Assembly: GCA_963832165.1 (NCBI GenBank)
Contig: CAWHTE010000007.1
Coordinates: forward strand, 384,001-448,000
Direction of reading: 5' to 3'
DNA from: an uncultured delta proteobacterium
GTDB lineage: Bacteria; Myxococcota_A; UBA9160; SMWR01
Length of the DNA stretch: 64,000 nucleotides
The notes below the pieces were generated by a model. That model saw only the letters and a program-made list of their open reading frames with translations. It was not told the DNA's origin and made no database searches. Below are positions 52,309 to 64,000 of the stretch, piece by piece (the stretch's first letter is position 1; each line of letters opens with the position of its first letter). Made by a program: the position numbers and the translations under genes.

Positions 52309-53589
52309 ATGCCCAACCACCCCACCCGCGACGACATCCACCTGCTCGGCCGGTCGTTCTACCTCGATCCGCACGAGCGGTTCGGCTGGATGCGCGATCA
52401 CGCGCCCGCCTACTTCGAGCCCGCGGTCGACGAGCTGGGCGGCATCTGGGGCCTCACGCGCCACGCCGACATCATGAACGCGTCGAAGACCCCGGAGCTT
52501 TTCAGCTCGGGGAAGAGCTCGCGGCCTGAGCCCGGGTCGTGGATCCCCTCGATGATCAACCTCGACGATCCGCTCCACAAACGGCGCCGCAATCTCGTGA
52601 ACCGCGGCTTCACGGTGCGGCGCGTCGCGGATCACGAGGCGAGGCTGCACGCGCTCTGCGACGAGCTGATCGACGCGGTCTCGCCGCGCGGCGAGTGCGA
52701 CTTCGTGGCCGACATCGCGCGCTGGGTGCCGATGGTGGTGATCGGCGACATGCTGGGCGTGGCGCCCGAAGACCGCGGGATGCTCCTGCGCTGGTCCGAC
52801 GAGATGCTCGGCGGCGGCGAGGTGGCTGCGATCGAGGATCCGCAGGAGCGCCGCGCGCGCAGCGTCGCGATCGTCGACGAGTACATGCGCTACGCGCAGG
52901 GCGTGCTCGCCGACCGCCGAGGTCGGGCCCCCACCGACGATCTCATGAGCATCCTCGTCCACTCCGATCTCGACGGCGATCGGCTCAGCGAGGAGGAGAT
53001 CCTCCAGGAGAGCCTGCTGATCCTGATCGGCGGCGACGAGACCACGCGCCACGTGATGACGGGCGGCCTGCGCGCGCTGCTCGAGCATCCGGAACAGAAG
53101 CGGAAGCTGATCCAGAACCCCGCGCTGCTGCCGACCGCGGTCGAGGAGATGCTGCGCTGGGTCTCGCCGATCCAGAACATGAACCGCACGCTCACGCGCG
53201 ACGTGGAGCTGCACGGCGAGAAGCTGCGCGAGGGGGAGCGCGTGCTGCTGCTCTATCCGGCCGGCAACCGCGACGAGCGCGCGTTCCCGGAGCCCGACCG
53301 CTTCGACGTCGAGCGCACCCCGAACGACCACGTCGCGTTCGGCGGCTTCGGCACCCACTTCTGCCTTGGCGCGAGCCTCGCGCGGCTCGAGCTGCGCGTG
53401 CTGTTCGAGCACGTGCTGCGGCGCCTGCCCGACATCGAGCTCGCGAGCGAAGATCTGCCGCTGCGCCCGAGCAACTTCATCGTCGGCATCGAGGAGATGC
53501 CGGTGCGCTTCACGCCGCAAGCGCCGCGAAGCGGCGCGCGCAGCGAGGCGAAGCCGAGCGAAGCGCGGGCGCCCGCGAAGGGAGGTTAG
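52309..53589 (+). CDS. Cytochrome P450 (CYP142/CYP125-like); C-terminal tail derived from a repeat
   Basis: GGDETT, EEMLR, HVAFGGFGTHFCLG. Confidence 0.94.
   Translation: MPNHPTRDDIHLLGRSFYLDPHERFGWMRDHAPAYFEPAVDELGGIWGLTRHADIMNASKTPELFSSGKSSRPEPGSWIPSMINLDDPLHKRRRNLVNRGFTVRRVADHEARLHALCDELIDAVSPRGECDFVADIARWVPMVVIGDMLGVAPEDRGMLLRWSDEMLGGGEVAAIEDPQERRARSVAIVDEYMRYAQGVLADRRGRAPTDDLMSILVHSDLDGDRLSEEEILQESLLILIGGDETTRHVMTGGLRALLEHPEQKRKLIQNPALLPTAVEEMLRWVSPIQNMNRTLTRDVELHGEKLREGERVLLLYPAGNRDERAFPEPDRFDVERTPNDHVAFGGFGTHFCLGASLARLELRVLFEHVLRRLPDIELASEDLPLRPSNFIVGIEEMPVRFTPQAPRSGARSEAKPSEARAPAKGG
53517..53585 (+). repeat. Hairpin repeat family, B-type copy in-frame at the P450 3' end
   Basis: GCAAGCGCCGCGAAGCGGCGCGCGCAGCGAGGCGAAGCCGAGCGAAGCGCGGGCGCCCGCGAAGGGAGG; closely matches the inner atpG copy. 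Confidence 0.9.
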
Positions 53590-53591
53590 CG

Positions 53592-54473
53592 ATGCCGCTC
53601 CGCCATTTCGGACCGCGACAATGGGTGCGCGACGAGCGCGAGCGGCTCGCCGCGCTGCGCTTCGAGCGGATCGGCGTCGCGCCGCTCGGCGCCACGGTCG
53701 GCGCCGAGATCAGCGGGGTCGACCTCGGCCATCTCGATGAATCAACCTTCGCCGAGATCGAGCGCGCGTTCTACGCCTTCAAGGTGATCTTCTTCCGCGA
53801 CCAGGACATCACGACCGAGGACCACCTCGCGTTCGCGAAGCGCTTCGGCGAGCTCGAGGAGCACCCGTTCATCCCCGCGAAGAAGGGCTACGAGCAGATC
53901 GTCCGGTTCTCGAAGAACGAGCGCGTAATCGGCGTCGAGAACATCTGGCACCACGACGTCACCTGGCGGTTGCGCCCGTCGCTCGGCTCGGTGCTGCGCG
54001 CGGTCGACGTGCCCGCACTTGGCGGCGACACGCTGTTCGCGGACATGTGCGCGGCGTATGAGGGCCTCGCTCCCGACGTCCAGCAGAAGGTCGACGGCGC
54101 GGTCGCCGTGCACGACTTCTCGAACACGTTCGGCCTCATGATGACGCCCGAGAAGCTGGCCGAGCAGCGCGAGAAGTTCCCGCCCGCGCGCCATCCCGTG
54201 GTGCGGACCCACCCGCAGACCGGCCGCAAATGCCTCTACGTGAACGTCGCATTCACGAGCCACATCGAGGGCATGGCGACCGACGAGAGCCGCGCGCTGC
54301 TCGAACACCTCTACCGCCAGGCCGACGTGCCCGAGTACCAGTGCCGCTTCCGCTGGCAGAAGAACAGCCTCGCGTTCTGGGACAACTGCGCGGTCCAACA
54401 CTACGCCGCGTCGGACTACGATCCGCAAGTGCGCGTGATGGAGCGCGTGACCATCATCGGGCAGCCCGTTTGA
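53592..54473 (+). CDS. TauD/TfdA-family Fe(II)/2-oxoglutarate dioxygenase
   Basis: [30 protein letters not shown]...QH. Confidence 0.92.
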   Translation: MPLRHFGPRQWVRDERERLAALRFERIGVAPLGATVGAEISGVDLGHLDESTFAEIERAFYAFKVIFFRDQDITTEDHLAFAKRFGELEEHPFIPAKKGYEQIVRFSKNERVIGVENIWHHDVTWRLRPSLGSVLRAVDVPALGGDTLFADMCAAYEGLAPDVQQKVDGAVAVHDFSNTFGLMMTPEKLAEQREKFPPARHPVVRTHPQTGRKCLYVNVAFTSHIEGMATDESRALLEHLYRQADVPEYQCRFRWQKNSLAFWDNCAVQHYAASDYDPQVRVMERVTIIGQPV

Positions 54474-54563
54474 CTTCGCTCGGGCCCGCCTGCTGGTCTT
54501 CGCTCGCCTTCGGCTCGCTGCGCGAAACTTGCAGCTCGCTGCGCGCGCCCTTTGGGCGCTTGC
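54474..54563 (-). repeat. Nested pair of hairpin repeats (outer B-type copy split by an inner A-type copy at 54486-54532)
   Basis: Reverse complement = GCAAGCGCCCAAAGGGCGCGCGCAGCGAGCT | GCAAGTTTCGCGCAGCGAGCCGAAGGCGAGCGAAGACCAGCAGGCGG | GCCCGAGCGAAG. Confidence 0.85.
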
Positions 54564-54576
54564 TGCCGCGCGCGTG

Positions 54577-56370
<1,794 letters not shown>

Positions 56371-56423
56371 CCCTCGGGCTCTCCTAGGGTTCTGCCCGCC
56401 GTAACGGCGGGGGCGATCGCGCG

Positions 56424-57653
56424 ATGAGACCGGCCTATGTGCTCGGCGTGCTGCTGCTCGTGCACATCCTGAACTTCGTGGACCGCAACATCCTCGCGAT
56501 CGTCGCGGGCGACATCAAGCGCGAGATGGACCTCTCCGACACCGAGCTCGGGATCCTGCTCGGCCCCGCCTTCGCGACGTTCTTCTCGCTCGCGGGCATC
56601 CCGATCGCGCGACTCGCCGACCTGACCTCGCGGCGCAACGTGATCGCGGTGGGCCTGGTCCTGTGGAGCGCGATGACGGCCGCGTCGGGCCTCGCGCAGA
56701 ACTTCTGGCACATCGCGCTGGCGCGCTTCGGCGTCAGCGTGGGTGAGGCGGCCTGCACACCGGCCTCGCACTCGATCCTGTCGCAGGTCTTCGAACCGAA
56801 GCGCCGTGCCACCGCGCTCGCGATCTACGGGATCGGGATCTACTTCGGGATGATGTTCGGTTTCGCGGGTGGCGGCTGGGTGCGCGATCACTTCGACTGG
56901 CGGACGGCGTTCTTCGCCGGCGGTGCGCTGGGCGTTCCGCTCGCGCTGCTGCTCGTGACCACGGTGACGGAGCCGCCGCGCCCCGCGCAGGAGGGCGACG
57001 CGGCCGACGGGGCGTCGCTGCGCGAAGTGATCGCGGTGCTTTTCGGGAAGCGCGCCTTCCGCTTCCTGCTCGCGGCGGCCTGCTGCCAGGCGCTGCTCGG
57101 CTACGCGGTGATCTCGTGGGGAGCGCAGTTCCTGATCCGTGTGCACGCGATGACGCCCACCGAGGTGGGCGTCTCGTTCGGAGTGATCGGCGGCATCGCG
57201 GGCGCACTCGGCATCACGTTGGGAGGTCATCTCGCCGACCGCGTCGCCGCGCGCGACGTGCGCTGGTACGCGTGGCTCTCGGCGATCGAGTCGCTCGCGG
57301 CGTTCCCGTTCGCGCTCGTGTTCCTGCTCGCGGGCGACCGGGTCGCTTCGCTCGCCGCGTTCGCGCCGTTCTACTTCCTGAACAACATGTACGTCGGGTC
57401 GCTGTGGTCGCTCACCCAGGGCCTCGTGGCGCCGCGAGTGCGCGCGGTGGCCGCCGCGACGCAGCTCGCGGTGCTGAACTTCGCCGGCCTGTTCATCGGG
57501 CCGCTCGTGGTCGGCGCGCTCAACGACGCGCTCGCGCCGACGCTCGGCGTGGATGCGATCCGCTGGTCGCTGCTCATGATGGCGGTGATCGGCGCGTCTG
57601 CGGCGTTCTTCTTCCGCGCCTGCGCGCGGACGCTGCGCGAGGACCTGGTCTGA
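56424..57653 (+). CDS. MFS transporter (spinster-like)
   Basis: NFVDR, ARLADLTSRR, GEA; multiple hydrophobic segments. Confidence 0.92.
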   Translation: MRPAYVLGVLLLVHILNFVDRNILAIVAGDIKREMDLSDTELGILLGPAFATFFSLAGIPIARLADLTSRRNVIAVGLVLWSAMTAASGLAQNFWHIALARFGVSVGEAACTPASHSILSQVFEPKRRATALAIYGIGIYFGMMFGFAGGGWVRDHFDWRTAFFAGGALGVPLALLLVTTVTEPPRPAQEGDAADGASLREVIAVLFGKRAFRFLLAAACCQALLGYAVISWGAQFLIRVHAMTPTEVGVSFGVIGGIAGALGITLGGHLADRVAARDVRWYAWLSAIESLAAFPFALVFLLAGDRVASLAAFAPFYFLNNMYVGSLWSLTQGLVAPRVRAVAAATQLAVLNFAGLFIGPLVVGALNDALAPTLGVDAIRWSLLMMAVIGASAAFFFRACARTLREDLV

Positions 57654-57689
57654 CGAGCGATCTCCCAGGCGTCGGTGCCGCGGGTGGGA

Positions 57690-59924
57690 TCAGCTGCCGT
57701 CGATGCGCTCGAGGCGCACCGCGCAGTGCTTGTACGACGGCTGGCGCGAATGGGGATCGAACGCGCGCAGCGTGAGGCGGTTGGCGCCCTCGTGGTGCAT
57801 AGCCGTGAACAGCTGACCGCACTGCACCGAGGCCGTGACGCGCGCGACGAGCATGGCCTCGCCGCGCCGCGAGCGCAGCACGACGCGCTCGCCACTCGCG
57901 ATGCCGAGCCGCGCGGCGTCGCCGGGGTGGATCTCGACGCACGGCTCCGCGGCGTGGAGCTTCGTCAGCACGGGCGAGCGTTTCGTGCGCGTCTCGGTGT
58001 GCCACTGCGCCGACGAGCCGCGTCCCGTGAGCAGCACGAACGGATACTCGCAATCGGGCGCTTCGGGTACCGCACGCGGCGGGTCGAAGCAGAAGCGCGC
58101 GCGGCCGTCCGCGTGCGCGAACACACCGCCCTCGAACAGCCGCCGCTCGTTGGCCGTGATCGCTTCCCCTTCGCGCAGCGGCCACTGCACGCCGCCCTCC
58201 TCGTCGAGCATCCGGTAGTCGCGGATGCCCGTGATCTCGCAGAACCGGCCGCGCGAGAGCTCCTTCACGGTGTCGAACACGTCCTCGGGCGTCTTCCAGC
58301 GCTCGAATAGCGCGCCACAGCCCCACGCGTCCGCGATCAGCCGGAAGATCGCGAAGTCCGACAGCGCCTGGCCCGGTGCGCGACTCACCTTCTTCACGAG
58401 CCCGATCCGGCGCTCCGAGTTGATGAACGTGCCGTCCTTCTCGCCCCAGCCCGCAGCCGGCAGCACGAGGTGCGCGCGCTGCGCGGTCTCGGTGTCGGCG
58501 TAGAGGTCCTGGACGCACAGGAAGTCGAGCTTCTCGAGCAGTGCGCGGAAGTCGCTCTGGTCGATCCACGAGTGCGCGCCGTTCGTGCCCGCGATCCAGA
58601 GACCGCGGATCGCTCCGCTGCGGATGCCCTCGACGATCTGGTCGTAGGCCCAGCCGTTCCGGTCGGGAATCCGCTCCGCGGGAATGCCGAGGATCTCCGC
58701 CACCTCGCCGCGCTGCGCCGCGTTCGCGAAGTCGCGGCCCCCGAACAGGTTCGTCGTGTTGCTGTAGAGCCGCGATCCCATCGCGTTGCACTGGCCCGTG
58801 ATCGAGTTCGCACCCGTCCCGAGTCGGCCGATGTTTCCGGTCAGCAGGGCAAGCGCGATGATCGCCTGCGCCACGCGCACGCCCTCGTGGCTCTGGTTGA
58901 CGCCCATCGTCCACCAGAACGAGACGCGCGCGCCCTGCGCGATCACGTCGGCGAGCTCGCCGATCTGGCGCTCGGAGATCCCGGACACGGCGCTCACGCG
59001 CGCGGGCGTGAACTCCGCGACGAACTCCGCGAACGCCTCGAAGCCCACCGTGTGGTTCGCGACGAACTCGCGATCGACCGCGCCACGCGCGATCAGGAGA
59101 TGGGCGATGCCGTAGAAGAACGCGAGGTCGCTCTTCGGTTCGATCGCATAGTGGCGCGTTGCGGCCTGCGCGGTCTCGGTGGCGCGCGGGTCGATCACGA
59201 CGATCTCGGGACGGTCCGGATTGCGGCACACGCGCTCCCAGAGGATCGGATGCGCGATGCACAGGTTGGATCCCACGAGCACGATCACGTCGGACTTCTC
59301 GAGATCGCGATAGGTGTAGGGCGGTGCGTCGAAGCCGAACGATTCCTTGTAGGCGGTCGCCGCGGTGGCCATGCACTGCCGCGTGTTGCCGTCGCCGTGC
59401 ACCATGCCGAGGCCGAACTTCGCGAGCGCGCCGAAGAACACGAGCTCTTCGGTCGGCAGCTGACCGGAGCCGAGGAACGCGACCGATTCCGGGCCGTGCT
59501 GCTGCTGCACGGCTCGCACGCGCGTGCAGAATTCTCCGATCGCTCGCGGCCAGGAAACCGGGTTCAGCGCGCCGCTCGAGTCGCGCAGGAGCGGCGCGGT
59601 GGCGCGATCGGCTGCGGCGAGCGGTGCGAGAGCCTCCCAGCCCTTCGGGCACGCCATGCCCAGGTTCACGGGATAGGCCGACGCCGGCGAGAGATTCACC
59701 GCCTGGCCGTCGCGCAGGTGAACGGTGAGACCACAGCCGGTCGAGCAGAAGCCGCATACCACCGTGGTGGTGGCGTCGGGTGCGAGCCGCGCGGGCACCT
59801 GGCCGAGGCCGAATGCTCCGGGCTCGCGCAGCAGGTCGCGCGTGAGCGGTCCGTCCGTCTGTCGCAGCAGCTGCGCTGCGCGCCGCGTCAGCGCGCGCAG
59901 GTCGAGCTTCGGCAGAAGACCCAC
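57690..59924 (-). CDS. Molybdopterin nitrate reductase catalytic subunit (NasA/NarB-like)
   Basis: CGFCSTGC...[37 protein letters not shown]. Confidence 0.88.
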   Translation of the reverse strand: MGLLPKLDLRALTRRAAQLLRQTDGPLTRDLLREPGAFGLGQVPARLAPDATTTVVCGFCSTGCGLTVHLRDGQAVNLSPASAYPVNLGMACPKGWEALAPLAAADRATAPLLRDSSGALNPVSWPRAIGEFCTRVRAVQQQHGPESVAFLGSGQLPTEELVFFGALAKFGLGMVHGDGNTRQCMATAATAYKESFGFDAPPYTYRDLEKSDVIVLVGSNLCIAHPILWERVCRNPDRPEIVVIDPRATETAQAATRHYAIEPKSDLAFFYGIAHLLIARGAVDREFVANHTVGFEAFAEFVAEFTPARVSAVSGISERQIGELADVIAQGARVSFWWTMGVNQSHEGVRVAQAIIALALLTGNIGRLGTGANSITGQCNAMGSRLYSNTTNLFGGRDFANAAQRGEVAEILGIPAERIPDRNGWAYDQIVEGIRSGAIRGLWIAGTNGAHSWIDQSDFRALLEKLDFLCVQDLYADTETAQRAHLVLPAAGWGEKDGTFINSERRIGLVKKVSRAPGQALSDFAIFRLIADAWGCGALFERWKTPEDVFDTVKELSRGRFCEITGIRDYRMLDEEGGVQWPLREGEAITANERRLFEGGVFAHADGRARFCFDPPRAVPEAPDCEYPFVLLTGRGSSAQWHTETRTKRSPVLTKLHAAEPCVEIHPGDAARLGIASGERVVLRSRRGEAMLVARVTASVQCGQLFTAMHHEGANRLTLRAFDPHSRQPSYKHCAVRLERIDGS

Positions 59925-59934
59925 CCGATCCCCC

Positions 59935-61602
59935 TCAATGGCCCGGCATCGCCGGGCTCGATTCGGACGTGAAGTAGAGATGGCGCTCGACGAGCTCGCC
60001 GAGCGCCGTGCACGCGAGTGCCGCGCCCGCGAACACGGCAGCAGAGCCCGGAGCCGCGGCGATGCCGCACGCGAGCGCCGCTGCTGCGGCGATCCAACCC
60101 GCTGCCGCTGCGGCGAGGCGAGCGCGCAGCTTCGGGCGCAGCGCACCTGCGAGCAGGCGGGCCGTGCGCACGAGCGCGTCGTTCGTCGCTGCGCGACGCC
60201 GCGCGAGGAGCCTTGTCTCCCCCGCGACCTTCACGGCGAGCGCGAGCGCGCCGATCGCGATCAGCAGTGCCGGGAACACGAACCCTCGGCCCGGCTCGAT
60301 CCATGTGCCTAGCGCGAGGGCGGCGCCTGTTCCGAGCGCGCCGAGGCCGAGCGCAGTGCCGGCGAAGGTCGACGCGGTGCGCGCGAATGCCCATGCGCGG
60401 CGGCGGGTGTCGACGTAGATCATGATCGAGCACACCGTGCCCGCAATGCCGAACGCGACGGCGCCGCCGCGCAGTGCGGGCAGGATCGTCTCCGCGAGAT
60501 CCACGAGCGGCGGGGGCGCGCCGGGCAGCAACGCGAGCGCGCTGGCCGCGGCGCACAGCGCGACGAGCGGCACGTAGGCGCCGAACACGAGGATCTCGCG
60601 GCTCATCCACGACGTGCGCCAGCCGAGGAAGGCGCGGAACGCATAGAGCGGCCGGCCGAGGTGGAGCGTCGCCGCGCCGAGGCCCGCCAGCGCGGAGACC
60701 GCGGCGAGCGCGAGCGCCGCCGACCGCGCGATCGCGCTCTCGACGCCGAGCGCGCCCGCGAGCCCCGCGAACAGCAGCGTTCCCACCGAGAGCTGCATCA
60801 GCACGAGCATCACCGCGAGCGGATCGTGCGCGGCAGCCGGGTGGAGGCGATCGCGATTCGCGGCGTGAAGCGGCCCGATCGGCTCGCGCGAGACGTAACG
60901 CGTCGTCGGCCGGGTGTAGGCCGAGTCCGGGATCTCGGCCGCCGCCGCCGGCAGCAGCTCGCGCGCGCCGCCCGGTCCGACGGTGTCCACGATCTCGATC
61001 GAGATCGCGCCAGTCGGGCAACCCTGCACGCAGGCCGGCGCTTCGCCGCCGGCGAGCCGGCTGCTGCACATGTCGCACTTGCGCACGATCCCGAGCTCGG
61101 CGTTGTACTTCGGGACCTCGTACGGGCATTTGAGCACGCAGTACTGGCAGCCGATGCACTGGTCGTCGAGGTGGCGCACGATCCCCGTCACGGGATCCTT
61201 CTCGTAGGCCTGCACCGGGCAGCCCGCGAGACACGCCGGATCCTCGCAGTGGTGACACGCGGTCGTGACGATCTGCTGGGCCCCCGCGTTCTCGCCGACT
61301 CCGAGCAGCAGCCCGACATCGCGCCAGGTCTCCTCGGGCGCGAGCCCGTTCAGGCTGTGGCACGCCGTGACGCACGCCTTGCAGCCCGTACACGAGTCGA
61401 GGTCGACACGAAACGCGAGCTGCTGGCCGGGCAGCGGCGTCCGCCCGACCGGGATCCGCTCTTCGTAGACGCGCTTGTTAGATAGGCCGTCGTCGTGGCG
61501 GCGGGAGAACACGTCGACCGCCGAGAGCGAGCGCTGCTCGGCGAGCAGCTCGTCGAGCAGGCGCGGAACGCGATCCGCCTCGAAGAGCGGTGCCGCGCTC
61601 AC
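59935..61602 (-). CDS. DmsB-like 4Fe-4S domain fused to a DmsC/YnfH-like membrane anchor
   Basis: [37 protein letters not shown]...[15 protein letters not shown]. Confidence 0.88.
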   Translation of the reverse strand: MSAAPLFEADRVPRLLDELLAEQRSLSAVDVFSRRHDDGLSNKRVYEERIPVGRTPLPGQQLAFRVDLDSCTGCKACVTACHSLNGLAPEETWRDVGLLLGVGENAGAQQIVTTACHHCEDPACLAGCPVQAYEKDPVTGIVRHLDDQCIGCQYCVLKCPYEVPKYNAELGIVRKCDMCSSRLAGGEAPACVQGCPTGAISIEIVDTVGPGGARELLPAAAAEIPDSAYTRPTTRYVSREPIGPLHAANRDRLHPAAAHDPLAVMLVLMQLSVGTLLFAGLAGALGVESAIARSAALALAAVSALAGLGAATLHLGRPLYAFRAFLGWRTSWMSREILVFGAYVPLVALCAAASALALLPGAPPPLVDLAETILPALRGGAVAFGIAGTVCSIMIYVDTRRRAWAFARTASTFAGTALGLGALGTGAALALGTWIEPGRGFVFPALLIAIGALALAVKVAGETRLLARRRAATNDALVRTARLLAGALRPKLRARLAAAAAGWIAAAAALACGIAAAPGSAAVFAGAALACTALGELVERHLYFTSESSPAMPGH

Positions 61603-64000
61603 GCGCGCCTCGCGCACGCGAGCTCGCGCTCGAGCGACTCGGCGGGTGGCAGCTTCACCCAGACCTCGTCGCCGCGCAGCTCGACCGGGAAGGTGCGCAC
61701 CTGGTAGTTGGGATCGGACAGGCCCTTGCCCGTCTGCAGCGAGAAGGTCTTCTTGTGCAGCGGGCACGCGACCTTCGGCTCGCCCGCCTGATCGCCGAGC
61801 AGCCCGCGCGCGAGCACGTTGTCCTTGCGGTGCGGACATGAGGCCTGCGTCGCGAACCACTCGCCGCGGCGCGTGAAATTGTAGATCGCGAGCTGAACCG
61901 TTCCGTAGCGGACCGCTGCGCCGCCGTTCGCGGGGAACTGCTCGGCGCGCGCGAGCTGCTGCCAGGTCCACGTGTGCTCCGCGGGAACCTCGCCGCTAGG
62001 TGCGGGCGGATCCGGCGCGGCCCAGTCGGCGGGGCGTTTCTGATCGCGCTCGCGCACGAACGCGATCGCGTCGTCGGCGTCGCCGCCGTCGGCGAAGTGC
62101 CGGAACCGGGCGCGCAGCTCCGGCGACTCGACCACTGCCTTCCACTCGCAGTAGTAGGTGTCGACGAGCTGCTGCATGTCGGCTTCGAGCTGGTCGCAGA
62201 TGCGGAGCGCGTCGCCGAGGATGATCTCCTTCAGCCTCGCGATCCCGCCCTCGAGCTCCTCGAGCCAGCGCGCCGTTCGCTGGAGCGGCTTCGCGGTCTG
62301 GATGTAGAACATCAGGAAGCGATCCAGAACGCGGATCACCTCGTCTTCGCGAAACATCCGTCACGAACAGGTCGGCGTGCCGCGGATGGCTCCCCCCATT
62401 GCCGCACAGGTAGACGTTCCAGCCCTTCTCGGTCGCAATGACGCCGAAGTCCTTGCTCTGCGCCTCGGCGCATTCGCGGATGCAGCCCGAGACGGCCGAC
62501 TTGAGCTTGTGCGGAGCGCGGATGCCGCGGTAGCGCTCCTCGATCCGGATCGCGAGAGCGGTCGAGTCCTGCACGCCATAGCGGCACCAGGTCGACCCGA
62601 TGCAGCTCTTCACCGTGCGCATCGCCTTGCCGTAGGCGTGGCCGCTCTCGAAGCCCGCGGCCACGAGGTCCTCCCAGATCGCCGGGAGCTGATCGACGCG
62701 CGCACCGAGCAGATCGATGCGCTGGCCGCCGGTGATCTTGCAGTAGAGGTCGAACTTCACCGCGACCTCTCCGAGCACGATCAGCTTCTCGGGCGTGATC
62801 TCGCCGCCCGGAATCCGCGGGATCACCGAGTACGTGCCGCCGCGCTGGATGTTGGCGAGGAAGCGGTCGTTGGTGTCCTGGATCGCCGCGTGCTCGAAGA
62901 CGAGATCGTTCCAGGTGGCGGCGAGGATCGACGCCACCGCGGGCCGGCACACCTCGCAGCCGTCCCCGCGCCCATGGCCGTCGAGCAGCGCGTCGAAGCT
63001 CTCGATCCGGCCGAGCTTGACGATCCAGAACAGCTCCTGGCGCGTGTAGGGGAAGTGTTCGCACAGGTGACGCACCAGCTCGTGACCGCTCTTCGCGAGC
63101 TCGGCCTCGAGGATCGAAACCACGGCCGGCTGGCACCCGCCGCAGCCGGTCGCGGCCCGGGTGCACTTCTTCACGTCCGCGACCGTCGTGAGGCCGCCAT
63201 CCGCGATCGACCGCACGAGATCGCCCTTGGTGACGTTGTTGCACGAGCAGATCTGCGCCGCGTCGGGCAGGCTCGCCGTGTTTCCTGCTGCGCGGAGCGC
63301 CGGGAGCTCCGAATAGCAGCTCGCGCGGATGTGCCGGGACCGGGGCGCCGGACACGGCGTGTGAGGAGAGCTGGACGTAGGCGCTCGCGTCGCCGACGAG
63401 GATCCCGCCGAGCAGCCGCTCGCGTTCCGGATCGAAGAGCAGCTTCTGGTACACGCCCTCGGTGCGGTCCTCGAACACGAGCGCGCGGGTCTGGTCCGGC
63501 CGCTCGAGGTCGGCGAAGTAGTCGCCGAAGCTCGCGACGTCGACGCCGAGCAGCTTGAGCTTCGCCGAGAGGTCGGCTCCCGCGAAGCGGACGTCCTCCC
63601 CGGCGAGTCGCCGCGCCGCGACGTCCGCCATCTCGTAGCCGGGCGCGACGAGGCCGTAGTGAACGCCGCGGTGAACGCGCGCACTCGCCGATCGCGGTGA
63701 TCCGCGGATCGCTGGTCTGGAGCGCGTCGTCGACGGCGATCCCGCCGCGCGGCGCGACTTCGAGCCCGGCTGCGCGCGCGAGATCGTCGCGCGGCCGGAT
63801 CCCGGCCGAGACGATCACCAGGTCGACGCGGAGCTCGGGCTGATCCGAGAAGTGGAGTGCGCGCACCCGCTCGTCTCCGACCAGGGCCTCGGTCGCGACC
63901 CCGAGGTGCACGTGCACACCGAGCTCCTCGATCGCATCCCGCAGCAGCGCAGCGCCCGCGCGATCGAGCTGCCGCGGCATCAGCCGGTCCGCGTACTCGA
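61599..64000 (-). CDS. nirB: NADH nitrite reductase large subunit with a fused C-terminal NirD Rieske domain; 5' end outside the window; about 3 frameshifts
   Basis: GIRPRD, CSCNNV, CGGC, TNDRFLANIQ, KSCIGSTWC, SGCIRECAE; then CPH...CPLH Rieske motif in the same frame as the NirB C-terminus. Confidence 0.92.

Noticed and set aside
59860..59924. TRR near the nitrate reductase N-terminus as a Tat signal
   Set aside because: There is no following hydrophobic region and no consensus RRxFLK.

Overview
High-GC bacterial chromosome segment from the replication-origin neighbourhood. It is most consistent with a Myxococcota/deltaproteobacterial lineage (inference from TGTTCCACGTGGAAC-type parS sites, a bactofilin directly after parAB, a MXAN_5187-like gene and a PEP-CTERM protein). 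Gene order: dnaN (-) divergent from rpmH-rnpA-yidD-yidC-jag-rsmG-parA-parB-bactofilin, with no dnaA and no mnmE/mnmG; atpF'FHAGDC; bioBFD under a BirA operator; radA, polyprenyl synthase, comEA and a BtuFCD-like ABC importer; a poly-HAMP hybrid kinase with a partner kinase; secreted proteins; eno; a DHDPS-family aldolase plus a PfkB-SIS fusion; tRNA-Ala(CGC); a P450/TauD/BVMO/MFS cluster; and a nirB-nirD/Fe-S-DmsC/nitrate reductase operon (-). Many single-base frameshifts look like consensus or assembly errors. The most striking unannotated signal is a family of about 40-70 nt modular hairpin repeats (typically GCAAG...CGCAGCGAG[CCGAAGG/GCGAAGC]CGAGCGRAG...AGGYGG): 12 copies at 10 loci, with compensatory base changes. 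They sit in-frame inside housekeeping genes (atpG, radA), insert into each other at the same core site, and supply stop codons and Shine-Dalgarno-like sequences. One copy shares the core hairpin with a GTAG-type REP.
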